Below, piece after piece: positions 7,487-19,463 of a DNA stretch of 23,460 nucleotides. Numbering within the stretch: position 1 is the stretch's first letter; every line of letters begins with the position of its first letter. The notes under the pieces were generated by a model, which was given only the letters and a program-made list of their open reading frames with translations, made no database searches and was not told where the DNA came from. The stretch comes from Pseudomonadota bacterium. Lineage in GTDB: Bacteria > Bdellovibrionota_B > Oligoflexia > Oligoflexales > CAIYRB01. The translations under genes were made by a program, and so were the position numbers. The stretch covers positions 1 through 23,460 of the forward strand of contig JANOTL010000134.1 in the NCBI GenBank assembly GCA_031416315.1, given 5' to 3'.

Positions 7487-8908
7487 ATGTTTTTTCAACG
7501 GGTAAAAACGCCTGGAATAGCCCACGTGGCTTACGTCATAGGCAACAAGGGCGAAGCCGCAGTCGTCGATCCAAGGCGCGACGTGGACGAGTATCTGCGC
7601 ATAGCGCGCGAAAATAAGCTGACGATCAAATATGTGTTTGAGACCCACCGTCAAGAGGACTTCGTGATCGGCTCGGCGGAGTTGGCACGGATCACGGGCG
7701 CCAAGATCGTCAACGGGCGACACGAGCTCTTTGGCCACGGCGACATTCGATTGAAGGACGGCGAGGAGTTTTCTTTCGGCGAGCTTCGCTTTGTGGCACT
7801 TCACACGCCCGGCCATACCCCCGAAAGCATGTGCTACGCCATTTACATTTCGGACGCGCCCGATAAAGCGTGGGGCGTCTTCACCGGCGATACCTTGTTC
7901 ATTGGCGAGTCCGGGCGAACGGATCTCCCCGACCCGAAAAAAACGGCTGAGAACGCAGGGCACCTCTTCGACGGAGTTCACGAAAAAATCGCCCCTCTCG
8001 GTGATCAGGCACTTCTATTCCCGGCGCACGGATCAGGGTCCGTGTGCGGCGGCAACATTGCAGAACGAGACGACTCCACGATCGGCCTCGAGCGGGGCTA
8101 CAATCCGGTCTTCGTCAAGTCACGTCAGGACTTCATCGCCACGAAGGTCAAAGAGCGCATCCCTCGTCCTCCCTACTTCGCTTTGATGGAGAAGGTGAAT
8201 TTCAAAGGCGGGATCCCAGTCGCGAAGCAGCTGAAAGAAGTGAAGGTTCTGCAACCGAAGTCGTTCGCGAGCGAGAAGGAAGCCGGCGTCGTTATCGACG
8301 CTAGGGAACCGGAGGCTTTTGCGGCAGGACACATTCCCAACTCTTACAGTGTATGGGCCAAGGGCTTATCGGTATTCGGCGGATGGATCGCCGACGAGAA
8401 CACCCGAGTGTATTTAGTCCTTGCACGAATGGATGATCTCGAAGACGCGGTTCTGGCCCTTTCCAGGATTGGCGTCGATGCCGTCGAAGGCGTGCTAGCC
8501 GGAGGCTTTGACGGATGGCGCGACGCCGGGCTCCCGATAGCTACATCCGGCGTGACGACGCCTGAAGGCCTCAAGTCACGTAAGGACGTTCGTGTGCTCG
8601 ATGTGCGTGACGACAGCGAGTTCGAAGTGGAAGGCCACATCCCCGATGCCTCGCACCTTTATGTCGGCTACCTAGAAGAGCACCTTCGGGCCTTGAAACC
8701 ACCGCTCAAGAAATCGGACCGGATCGCCGTCGCGTGCAGCGTCGGACATCGCGCAAGTCTCGCGACGAGCATGCTGCGTCGTCAAGGCTTCGAACACGTC
8801 GAAAACCTCCTTGGTGGCATGACTGCGTGGGAAAAAGTCGGACTTCCGACGAGATCTGGCGCTGAGAACTCCGTAACAACGACAGAGGTCGAAGGAGCGA
8901 GAACATGA
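7487..8908 (+). CDS. MBL-fold persulfide dioxygenase fused to two rhodanese domains (CstB-like)
   Basis: VVDPRRD, ETHRQEDF, HTPGHTPES, FTGDTLFIGESGRTDL, PAHGSGSVCG. Cys-less middle rhodanese domain and catalytic C-terminal rhodanese ACSVGHRA. GGAGG RBS. Confidence 0.9.
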   Translation: MFFQRVKTPGIAHVAYVIGNKGEAAVVDPRRDVDEYLRIARENKLTIKYVFETHRQEDFVIGSAELARITGAKIVNGRHELFGHGDIRLKDGEEFSFGELRFVALHTPGHTPESMCYAIYISDAPDKAWGVFTGDTLFIGESGRTDLPDPKKTAENAGHLFDGVHEKIAPLGDQALLFPAHGSGSVCGGNIAERDDSTIGLERGYNPVFVKSRQDFIATKVKERIPRPPYFALMEKVNFKGGIPVAKQLKEVKVLQPKSFASEKEAGVVIDAREPEAFAAGHIPNSYSVWAKGLSVFGGWIADENTRVYLVLARMDDLEDAVLALSRIGVDAVEGVLAGGFDGWRDAGLPIATSGVTTPEGLKSRKDVRVLDVRDDSEFEVEGHIPDASHLYVGYLEEHLRALKPPLKKSDRIAVACSVGHRASLATSMLRRQGFEHVENLLGGMTAWEKVGLPTRSGAENSVTTTEVEGART

Positions 8909-9441
8909 TGAGCGCTCAAACGCGATCTGGACCGTCGCGGTCCCCGTATGTAGTGGGCGCAGGCCTGGGCATTCTGAATACGCTAGCGTTCCTGACGGCT
9001 AAACGAGGGCTTGGTGTGACTTCGGCCTTTGAAAGCACGGCAGCTTTGGCTGGCCGGAAGGTTGCCCCCGACCTGACGCAGGTCAATAGTTACCTAAAGG
9101 CGCGCGACGAAGCTCCGAAGATTGACTGGGAGACACTTCTCGCAGTGGGACTGCCGATCGGCAGCTTCCTCGCGGCGCGTGCGTCGAGCGAGCCCTGGAG
9201 CGATGACACGTCGCCACAGCGGGCGCAGAGGTTTGGGGCCAACGGCGGCACGAGCCTTGCGGTCTCGTTTCTTGGCGGCGCTCTGATGATGTTTGGGGCG
9301 CGTCTCGCAAAAGGCTGCACGAGCGGGCATGGGATTACGGGTACGAGCCAACTTGCGCTGTCGAGTCTCGTCTTCACGCCGTTGATGTTTGTGACGGCAG
9401 GCATTGCCGTTCGTGCCCTCTACGGACGGGGAGAATCGTAA
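8905..9441 (+). CDS. YeeE/YedE family transporter subunit (second pair, first half)
   Basis: SPYVVGAGLG and FGARLAKGCTSGHGITG. ATGA overlap. Confidence 0.88.
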   Translation: MMSAQTRSGPSRSPYVVGAGLGILNTLAFLTAKRGLGVTSAFESTAALAGRKVAPDLTQVNSYLKARDEAPKIDWETLLAVGLPIGSFLAARASSEPWSDDTSPQRAQRFGANGGTSLAVSFLGGALMMFGARLAKGCTSGHGITGTSQLALSSLVFTPLMFVTAGIAVRALYGRGES

Positions 9442-9953
9442 TGGCAACGTCTCGCGATGGAGGCGGTATGCGCCTCCTTGGACTCATGACCGGGATGGCC
9501 TTCGGCAGCCTCCTCCAGCGAGGCAAGCTGGCACGACAGGACGTCATCATCGATCAATTTGCGCTTCGTGATGCTCGCGTCGTCAAGACCATGGGAACCG
9601 CCGTGGCCGTTGGCGCGGCGGGGATTCACGCGCTTGTGGCGATGGGGCTAACGAAGAAGGACGTAAAACCCATGAAGGTTGGCGGCGTCGCGGGTGGCGC
9701 CGTGCTGTTCGGAGCTGGCCTTGCGCTCTTCGGCTACTGTCCGGGCACTTCCCTCGCAGCCCTAGGAGAAGGCCGGCGCGACGCGATGGCCGGAGTCCTC
9801 GGGATGCTGTTCGGCGCGACCGCTTTCGTACGTCTTTACCCAGCGCTCGTTCCGCTTATCGACGCAGGTGGAGACTTCGGCAAGTTAACGGTCAGGCGTC
9901 GTCTGCTCGAGCGCTCGCAAGCTTCTAACCATGAGCTCGCTCGGGGCTCATGA
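9441..9953 (+). CDS. YeeE/YedE family transporter subunit (second pair, second half)
   Basis: GMAFGSLLQRG and LFGAGLALFGYCPGT. TAATG overlap. Confidence 0.88.
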   Translation: MATSRDGGGMRLLGLMTGMAFGSLLQRGKLARQDVIIDQFALRDARVVKTMGTAVAVGAAGIHALVAMGLTKKDVKPMKVGGVAGGAVLFGAGLALFGYCPGTSLAALGEGRRDAMAGVLGMLFGATAFVRLYPALVPLIDAGGDFGKLTVRRRLLERSQASNHELARGS

Positions 9954-10002
9954 CGAGACCCATCACTTGCTGATTGGGTGAGCCGACTGGTATCTCGCCA
10001 CG

Positions 10003-14435
<4,433 letters not shown>

Positions 14436-15674
14436 TCAGTGGTCGTGCGTGGCGCCGTTTTTGCCGACGTCGGCCTTCACTACGAAGCTTTTGTCGGCGA
14501 CGTAGGTCATGCCGGGGTCGATTCCCGAGAGCACCTCGACGAACTCGCCGTCATCTCGGCCGAGCTCCAAAGGTCTGATCTCGTACTTGTCGCCGTCCTG
14601 GACAAAGACGACGGTCCAGTCGCGGAAGGTTTGGAGCGCCGCTTTGCGGACCGCCACCTTCGCCTGGACGGTCTCGACTTGTACGGCGCCGTCAACGAAG
14701 AAGCCTGGCGCCATCCCGGGCGTCGACTTGGGTAGGCGCGCACGTACGGCGATGGATTGTGTTTCACTGGAGCCGACCGGCGCGAGATAGTCGATCGCGC
14801 AACTCAACTTCGCATCGCCGCTGCCAGCGAGCTCGATCGGCTGACCGACCGCGAGTCTTGCGAAGTCATGCCGCTCGACGTGAAACTCCGCCATGACCCG
14901 GTCGAGGTTCGAGATCTCGAAGAGCGCGTCCTTCTCCGACACGAAGGCACCGACGCTGATCGCTTTCTTCGTGATCGTTCCTGCGATGGGCGCGGTGAGC
15001 TCGTAAGAGCTTAGGCTTGCGTTGCTCTCGATGACCGCGAGGCGCTCGCCCTTCCTGACCTTGGCGCCCAGCTTGGCGACGACGGCCGTGGCGACGCCGG
15101 GATATCGTGCGCTCACTCGTGCCGTCTCTTCCTCGTCTTGGACGATCTTCCCCAGGACTGGCAAGCGAACCTTGATCTCGGCGGGTCCGGCGCGCTCGAT
15201 GACGATCCCGGCCGCGAGGGCGGCATCCGCGGAGATCACGGTCCTGCCTTCGTAGGAGTCGTAATCCCACGTCGAGCGCTTGCCGCCGCGCTCGGCGGTG
15301 ACCTTGACGTCGAACGAATGCGGTTCCACGATTTCCTGATCGCCGAGGAGATAGTCGTCCTTTTTCGTGAAGCGAACGAGGTCGACCTTGCCGAGGATCC
15401 GCTTCAGCTCGATCTCGAGGTTCACCGTGCTCGGATCTGCCGGTTTGCCCTTGTCGTAAACGTAGACGCGATACTCCGGCGGAACCCCGCGCTCGAAGAT
15501 CGTGACTTCGATGCCGAGGTCACCATCCTGCAACAGGCGGCCGCCGTGCGGCCCTTTGATCGGCTCCGCCGCCTCGACGTTCGCGGCGCTCTCGCCTCGG
15601 GCAACGTCGAGCGTCGACGGCGCGGCGAACGCCAGGAACGCGAGGACGAGTCTTGCGGTGCGAGTCGGGCTCAT
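14436..15674 (-). CDS. czcB: RND efflux periplasmic adaptor subunit, CzcB-like
   Basis: GPHGGRLL, EPHSFDV, biotinyl-lipoyl-like motifs, C-terminal ATHDH. Start reassigned to ATG 15674 (AGGA RBS, signal-like N-terminus). Confidence 0.9.
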   Translation of the reverse strand: MSPTRTARLVLAFLAFAAPSTLDVARGESAANVEAAEPIKGPHGGRLLQDGDLGIEVTIFERGVPPEYRVYVYDKGKPADPSTVNLEIELKRILGKVDLVRFTKKDDYLLGDQEIVEPHSFDVKVTAERGGKRSTWDYDSYEGRTVISADAALAAGIVIERAGPAEIKVRLPVLGKIVQDEEETARVSARYPGVATAVVAKLGAKVRKGERLAVIESNASLSSYELTAPIAGTITKKAISVGAFVSEKDALFEISNLDRVMAEFHVERHDFARLAVGQPIELAGSGDAKLSCAIDYLAPVGSSETQSIAVRARLPKSTPGMAPGFFVDGAVQVETVQAKVAVRKAALQTFRDWTVVFVQDGDKYEIRPLELGRDDGEFVEVLSGIDPGMTYVADKSFVVKADVGKNGATHDH

Positions 15675-15710
15675 TGCGAATCCTGCCGAGGCGGCGGAGG
15701 CCAGCATGGC

Positions 15711-15727
15711 ATCCCCATAGGGGGGAT
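15711..15727. promoter_or_regulatory. RcnR/CsoR-family operator 1 (upstream of czcBAC)
   Basis: ATCCCCATAGGGGGGAT, ~36 nt upstream of the reassigned czcB start. Confidence 0.8.
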
Positions 15728-15873
15728 CGGTGGCAGGCGCCCGGCCTTGAGATAAAGCCTTCAACCGAACGGAAAATGCTTTTCTTTCAAAGGCTTGAAG
15801 ACTCAGTCAGGCGTTCGGCGATCGTATGCTCCGACAAGTCGGCGAGTCGGCGAGTCCGTCACGACGACCGAAA

Positions 15874-15917
15874 TCGGCCGTCTAAGAAGCTCCTCCTTGA
15901 GCCTCCTAGACGGCCGA
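15874..15917 (-). terminator. 19-bp strand-specific RNA stem-loop downstream of the hupE-DUF6488 operon
   Basis: Minus strand TCGGCCGTCTAGGAGGCTC-AAGGAG-GAGCTTCTTAGACGGCCGA, fully paired with two G.U pairs, followed by only TTT. Confidence 0.55.
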
Positions 15918-15960
15918 CGCCGGGTGTCGAGCAAGCCGCGATCGGCCCCGCTCGCCACCG

Positions 15961-16335
15961 TTACTTACCGGTATAGTTCACGGCGAGATAGTTCCCCGGA
16001 AGCGAGAAGAACATGTAAAGCGTCTCCTTCGTCTTGTCCGTCGCCTTCGGATCCTTGAAGGTCACGAGCCATTCCTTTTTCTTGCCGAACTCCTTCTGCT
16101 CGGCGTTGTCGGGCGCGATCGCCTTCCAAGTCGCTTCGATTTTCTTGTCGCCGATGAGCTTGTCTCGCATTTTCGTAGCTGATTCTAGGATTTGCTCCTT
16201 CGTCGCAGGCGCTTTCGAATGCGTGTGTCCGGCGTCGCCGTCGGCAAGGACCATCTGCGGCGCGACGGCGACGCCGAGCATGAGTGCGGTGGCGGCTGCG
16301 AGTTGGCGAAGGTTGCTGAGCTTAAAGATTGTCAT
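15961..16335 (-). CDS. DUF6488-like small secreted protein, paralog 1
   Basis: Start reassigned to ATG 16335 (AAGGAG RBS inside the hupE end). Signal peptide, GHTH, C-terminal TLYMFFSLPGNYLAVNYTGK. Confidence 0.8.
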   Translation of the reverse strand: MTIFKLSNLRQLAAATALMLGVAVAPQMVLADGDAGHTHSKAPATKEQILESATKMRDKLIGDKKIEATWKAIAPDNAEQKEFGKKKEWLVTFKDPKATDKTKETLYMFFSLPGNYLAVNYTGK

Positions 16336-17101
16336 GACTGTTCTCCTTGGTTTCTTGTTCGATCTGCATATCCTCGTGGACATGCTTGTGCTCGGTCACG
16401 GGAAAGGCCAGGTCATCGGGCATCATGGAATGGAGGTAGCCGTGCGTCTGCATGTAGAACAATGCGAACCCGGCGAGGATTAGGCCATTGTTCGCCAGCC
16501 GGCTGATCCGCTCGAAGCGGTCCGTCTTCCGCCAGGCGGCGAGCGCCGCGACCATCACGACGAGCGCCGCGATCTGTCCCACCTCGACGCCGACGTTGAA
16601 CGACAGGATTCGGAACAGCATCCCGAGCTTGTCGTCGCCTAGCGGCAACTGTTGGAGACGCGTCGAGAGGCCAAAGCCGTGGATTAGGCCGAACAGAAAT
16701 ACAGCGAGCAAAAGGTTCGGAGATCTCCGGCCGAGGTACTTCTCGAAGCCGCCGTTGTTGTCGAAGCCCTTGTAGCAGACGCTCAAGGCGATAACGGCGT
16801 CGATCAGGAAGTAGTTGGCGTTGATCTTAAAAAAGGTAGCGAACACCAACGTGATGCAGTGGCCGAGCGTAAAGACGCTCACGAATTTCGCGACTTCTCG
16901 GAAAGTCTTGAGGAAGAACACGACCCCGAACAGGAACAGCAGGTGGTCGTATCCGGTGAGCATATGCGTCGCGCCGAGCCCGACGTATTGTAAGTATCCG
17001 CCTTCAATCATGCGCTGCTTGTCAGCTTCCGAGATCCCGTGCGCCATCGCCGGGTTCGAAAGCATGAACAGCAGCAGGGACATGGTGAGTCGCCTCGCCA
17101 T
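16322..17101 (-). CDS. HupE/UreJ family (HupE_UreJ_2-type) metal-binding membrane protein, paralog 1
   Basis: AMA|HGIS, HMLTGYDHLLFL, FTLGHCITL, FGLIHGFGLS, FNVGVEVGQ, His-rich tail. AGGAGG RBS. Confidence 0.92.
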   Translation of the reverse strand: MARRLTMSLLLFMLSNPAMAHGISEADKQRMIEGGYLQYVGLGATHMLTGYDHLLFLFGVVFFLKTFREVAKFVSVFTLGHCITLVFATFFKINANYFLIDAVIALSVCYKGFDNNGGFEKYLGRRSPNLLLAVFLFGLIHGFGLSTRLQQLPLGDDKLGMLFRILSFNVGVEVGQIAALVVMVAALAAWRKTDRFERISRLANNGLILAGFALFYMQTHGYLHSMMPDDLAFPVTEHKHVHEDMQIEQETKENSHDNL

Positions 17102-17175
17102 CCTGGAGCCTCCTAGAGCGTGATTTCTCGATTACCCGCGCGGTAACGAGCTCACGCCCTCGGTGGACGAAGAAT
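17100..17175 (-). promoter_or_regulatory. RBS-sequestering mRNA hairpin formed by the 3' end of the upstream ORF and the hupE translation-initiation region
   Basis: AGGGCGUGA (17160-17152) pairs with UCACGCUCU (17123-17115). CCACCG (17166-17161) pairs 4/6 with SD AGGAGG (17114-17109). Apical stem CUCG-UUACC/GGUAA-CGAG (17150-17127). Confidence 0.7.
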
Positions 17176-17469
17176 TCCTTCGCCGCAAAGCTGCTTCGGC
17201 TGCTGGAGCGTATCGATGGCCACGCCCGCGTAGGGAGGGGCTTCGAGTGCGGCGGTCACAAACGGCGCCCGAGCACCGAAGCTCATCGGCGCCTCAGGAT
17301 GCTTGTGGGTCGGCGGCGTATGCTCGCGGCAGTCGTCGCCGCCCGTCAAGCATTCGTGCTCGTGTTCGGACGACGCAAACAGCTCTTCGCCAGCGTGATC
17401 GAGCGCGTGCAGGTTCCACGTGCCCGGAAGCCACGCGAAGCAGACGATTATTATGAGCAAGCGCATCAT
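17152..17469 (-). CDS. His/Cys-rich exported upstream ORF ending in RPPRA (CzcI/DUF2946-like architecture, candidate arrest peptide)
   Basis: Hydrophobic N-terminus, HEHECLTGGDDCREHTPPTHKH, C-terminal ILRPPRA. Directly downstream of a near-consensus promoter. Confidence 0.75.
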   Translation of the reverse strand: MMRLLIIIVCFAWLPGTWNLHALDHAGEELFASSEHEHECLTGGDDCREHTPPTHKHPEAPMSFGARAPFVTAALEAPPYAGVAIDTLQQPKQLCGEGILRPPRA

Positions 17470-17477
17470 CGGCGAAG

Positions 17478-17518
17478 ATCGTAACGAGGCTGACGTTTGC
17501 CGTCAACAACGTTACGCT
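17478..17518. promoter_or_regulatory. Overlapping divergent sigma70 promoters forming a dyad
   Basis: Minus: TTGACG (17506-17501)-N17-TACGAT (17483-17478). Plus: CTGACG (17490-17495)-N17-TACGCT (17513-17518). Confidence 0.72.
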
Positions 17519-17547
17519 TTCGCTAACTCGGAGAGGCGCGCCACGAG

Positions 17548-17895
17548 ATGAGATTCACGATCAGCACCGTCGTCGCTCTGTTCGCATTGAGCGTGACACC
17601 GGACTCAGTCGCGCATCCGGGCCACGACGTCGAGGGTCCGACGGTCTCGGACACTGTGCTCAAGGATCGCGCGCGAGGCGTCGTCGCGAAACTGATTGCT
17701 GCCGGAGAGCTCGACTCGGGATGGCGGGGGCTCACGGCAGATGACCCGCTCGCGGAAGACCTCGGGGGCGTGCGTTGTTGGATGTTGAAGGTTCGCAACC
17801 CGCAAGCAGCGTCCGATGAGCGGAAGACGCTGTACGTCTTTCTTGCCGAGTCGGGAAGTGTCTTGGGGGCCAACTTCAAAGGGCCGGCCGAGTGA
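17548..17895 (+). CDS. DUF6488-like small secreted protein, paralog 2
   Basis: Signal peptide SVA|HPGHD; C-terminal TLYVFLAESGSVLGANFKG. Confidence 0.78.
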   Translation: MRFTISTVVALFALSVTPDSVAHPGHDVEGPTVSDTVLKDRARGVVAKLIAAGELDSGWRGLTADDPLAEDLGGVRCWMLKVRNPQAASDERKTLYVFLAESGSVLGANFKGPAE

Positions 17896-17928
17896 GTATT
17901 GGGGCAGCTGAGGCTGCGTCGCCATTGA

Positions 17929-17958
17929 TTGACGAAGTCCTCCCCCCGGGGATAGGCT
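17929..17958 (+). promoter_or_regulatory. Sigma70 promoter with embedded operator 2 (autoregulation of the repressor operon)
   Basis: TTGACG (17929-17934)-N18-TAGGCT (17953-17958), containing GTCCTCCCCCCGGGGAT (17937-17953). Confidence 0.8.
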
Positions 17959-17988
17959 CTAGCCAATCCTAGCCGACCCGGAGCTCCG

Positions 17989-18270
17989 ATGGCGCACGTC
18001 CATTCCACCCATCCGCAGGTGCTTCTTCGCCTCAAGCGCGCTTACGGCCATTTGGCGCGCGTGATCGAGATGATCGAAGAAGAGAAGGACTGTCTTCTCG
18101 TTGCGCAGCAGCTTCAAGCCGTGAACTCGGCGATCGGGAACGCCAAGACCGTCCTTGTCCAGGATCACATCGAGCATTGCCTCCAGAGCGCGATGGACAA
18201 TTCCGCGGGTGACCGTGACGCGCTGCGGAAGCATTTGCGCGGGTTCAAGGAAATCGCTCGTTACCTCTAG
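17989..18270 (+). CDS. RcnR/CsoR-family metal-sensing repressor, NreA/NcrB/InrS-like
   Basis: RLKRAYGHL, C35 in DCLLVAQQL, H60 and C64 in DHIEHC, N-terminal H3/H5/H8 (H-C-H-C fingerprint). Confidence 0.93.
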   Translation: MAHVHSTHPQVLLRLKRAYGHLARVIEMIEEEKDCLLVAQQLQAVNSAIGNAKTVLVQDHIEHCLQSAMDNSAGDRDALRKHLRGFKEIARYL

Positions 18271-18310
18271 TCTAGTCGAACGTGGATCCATTTGAAGGCG
18301 AGTCCTGCTG

Positions 18311-19099
18311 ATGTCGCGTTTAGCGCTTTTTCTCGCAAGCTTTCTCATGGCGACCCCGGCCTGGGCGCATGGCATCTCCGAGGCCGACAAAGAGGCCATG
18401 CTCGACGGAGGCTACGCCAAGTACCTCTGGCTCGGCGCCAAGCACATGCTCACGGGCTACGACCACCTGCTGTTCATCTTTGGGGTCATCTTCTTCCTCA
18501 CGCGCTTCAAGGACGTCCTGAAGTTCATCACGGCGTTCACCGTGGGTCACAGCATCACGCTCATCTTCGCGACGATCTTCAAGATCAACGCGAACTATTA
18601 CCTGATCGACGCCGCAATCGCCTTGAGCGTCTGTTACAAGGCTTTCGACAACAACGATGGCTTCTCGCGCTACCTAGGGATCAAATCACCGAATCTCTTG
18701 GCGGTGATCTTCCTCTTCGGTTTGATCCACGGCTTCGGCCTGTCGACGAGACTCCAGCAGCTGCCGCTCGGCGACGACATGACCGGCATCGTCACGCGCA
18801 TCATCTCGTTCAACGTCGGAGTCGAGCTCGGCCAGATCATCGCCTTGTCGATCATGGTCGCGATCTTGTCACAGTGGCGCCAGCGGGAGGCGTTCACTCG
18901 CTTCAGCCGCGTGTCGAATGATGCGCTGATGGCCGCCGGAGTCGTTCTGTTCCTGATGCAGCTCCATGGCTATTCGCACACGACCTCCCCGGATGACTTC
19001 GGCTTCGCCGAGGACAACCATGCCCATGCGCACGAGGCCGAGGCCAAGGCAGCTGCCGAACGTGCGAAAAAAGCAGTTCCCGACAACATCCTAGATTGA
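18311..19099 (+). CDS. HupE/UreJ family membrane protein, paralog 2
   Basis: AWA|HGISEADK, HMLTGYDHLLFI, FTVGHSITL, FGLIHGFGLS, HAHAH tail. Highly similar to 16322-17101. Confidence 0.92.
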   Translation: MSRLALFLASFLMATPAWAHGISEADKEAMLDGGYAKYLWLGAKHMLTGYDHLLFIFGVIFFLTRFKDVLKFITAFTVGHSITLIFATIFKINANYYLIDAAIALSVCYKAFDNNDGFSRYLGIKSPNLLAVIFLFGLIHGFGLSTRLQQLPLGDDMTGIVTRIISFNVGVELGQIIALSIMVAILSQWRQREAFTRFSRVSNDALMAAGVVLFLMQLHGYSHTTSPDDFGFAEDNHAHAHEAEAKAAAERAKKAVPDNILD

Positions 19100-19112
19100 G
19101 GACGCCAAAAGA

Positions 19113-19463
19113 ATGGTCCGCTTCCTAAAGCTTCTCGCGTTCGTGGCCGCGTTCGGCGTCGTTTCCCTTGCTTCGGCCCATCCCGGTGGCCACTTCATGC
19201 CGGCAGGCCCCCCGGTTTCGGAGGACGGCATGCGCAACCGCGCTCCCGAGATGCTCGCCAAGCTTGTCGAAGTCGGGAAGCTCGATGCGAGCTGGAAGGG
19301 CGCCGCTCTAAAGACGCTCGAGCAGAAGACCGTGGGCGAAGAAGGCTCAGGGTGGGTCGTATCCTTCTTCAACGCCACGGAGAAGGACAAGGCAAAGCAG
19401 ACAGCCTACCTCTTCTTCACCTTGTCGGGCGAACTCGTCGGCGCGAACTTCAAGGGACTCTGA
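19113..19463 (+). CDS. DUF6488-like small secreted protein, paralog 3
   Basis: ASA|HPGGHF; KLDASWKG; TAYLFFTLSGELVGANFKG. Confidence 0.82.
   Translation: MVRFLKLLAFVAAFGVVSLASAHPGGHFMPAGPPVSEDGMRNRAPEMLAKLVEVGKLDASWKGAALKTLEQKTVGEEGSGWVVSFFNATEKDKAKQTAYLFFTLSGELVGANFKGL

Noticed and set aside
15675..15764. N-terminal extension of czcB given in the ORF track
   Set aside because: It runs through the operator. ATG 15674 has an RBS and a signal-like sequence.
15838..15856. Short tandem GTCGGCGA repeat
   Set aside because: Too short, with no spacers. Not CRISPR or a meaningful repeat.
15730..15960. NiCo (czcD-type) riboswitch upstream of czcB
   Set aside because: Only one simple hairpin was found and no four-way junction could be built by eye. 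An Rfam scan would be decisive.
17989..18270. Repressor as a persulfide sensor (CstR) for the neighbouring sulfur cluster
   Set aside because: It has the His-containing metal fingerprint (H3/H5/H8, C35, H60, C64), and all four operators lie in the metal block, none in the sulfur block.
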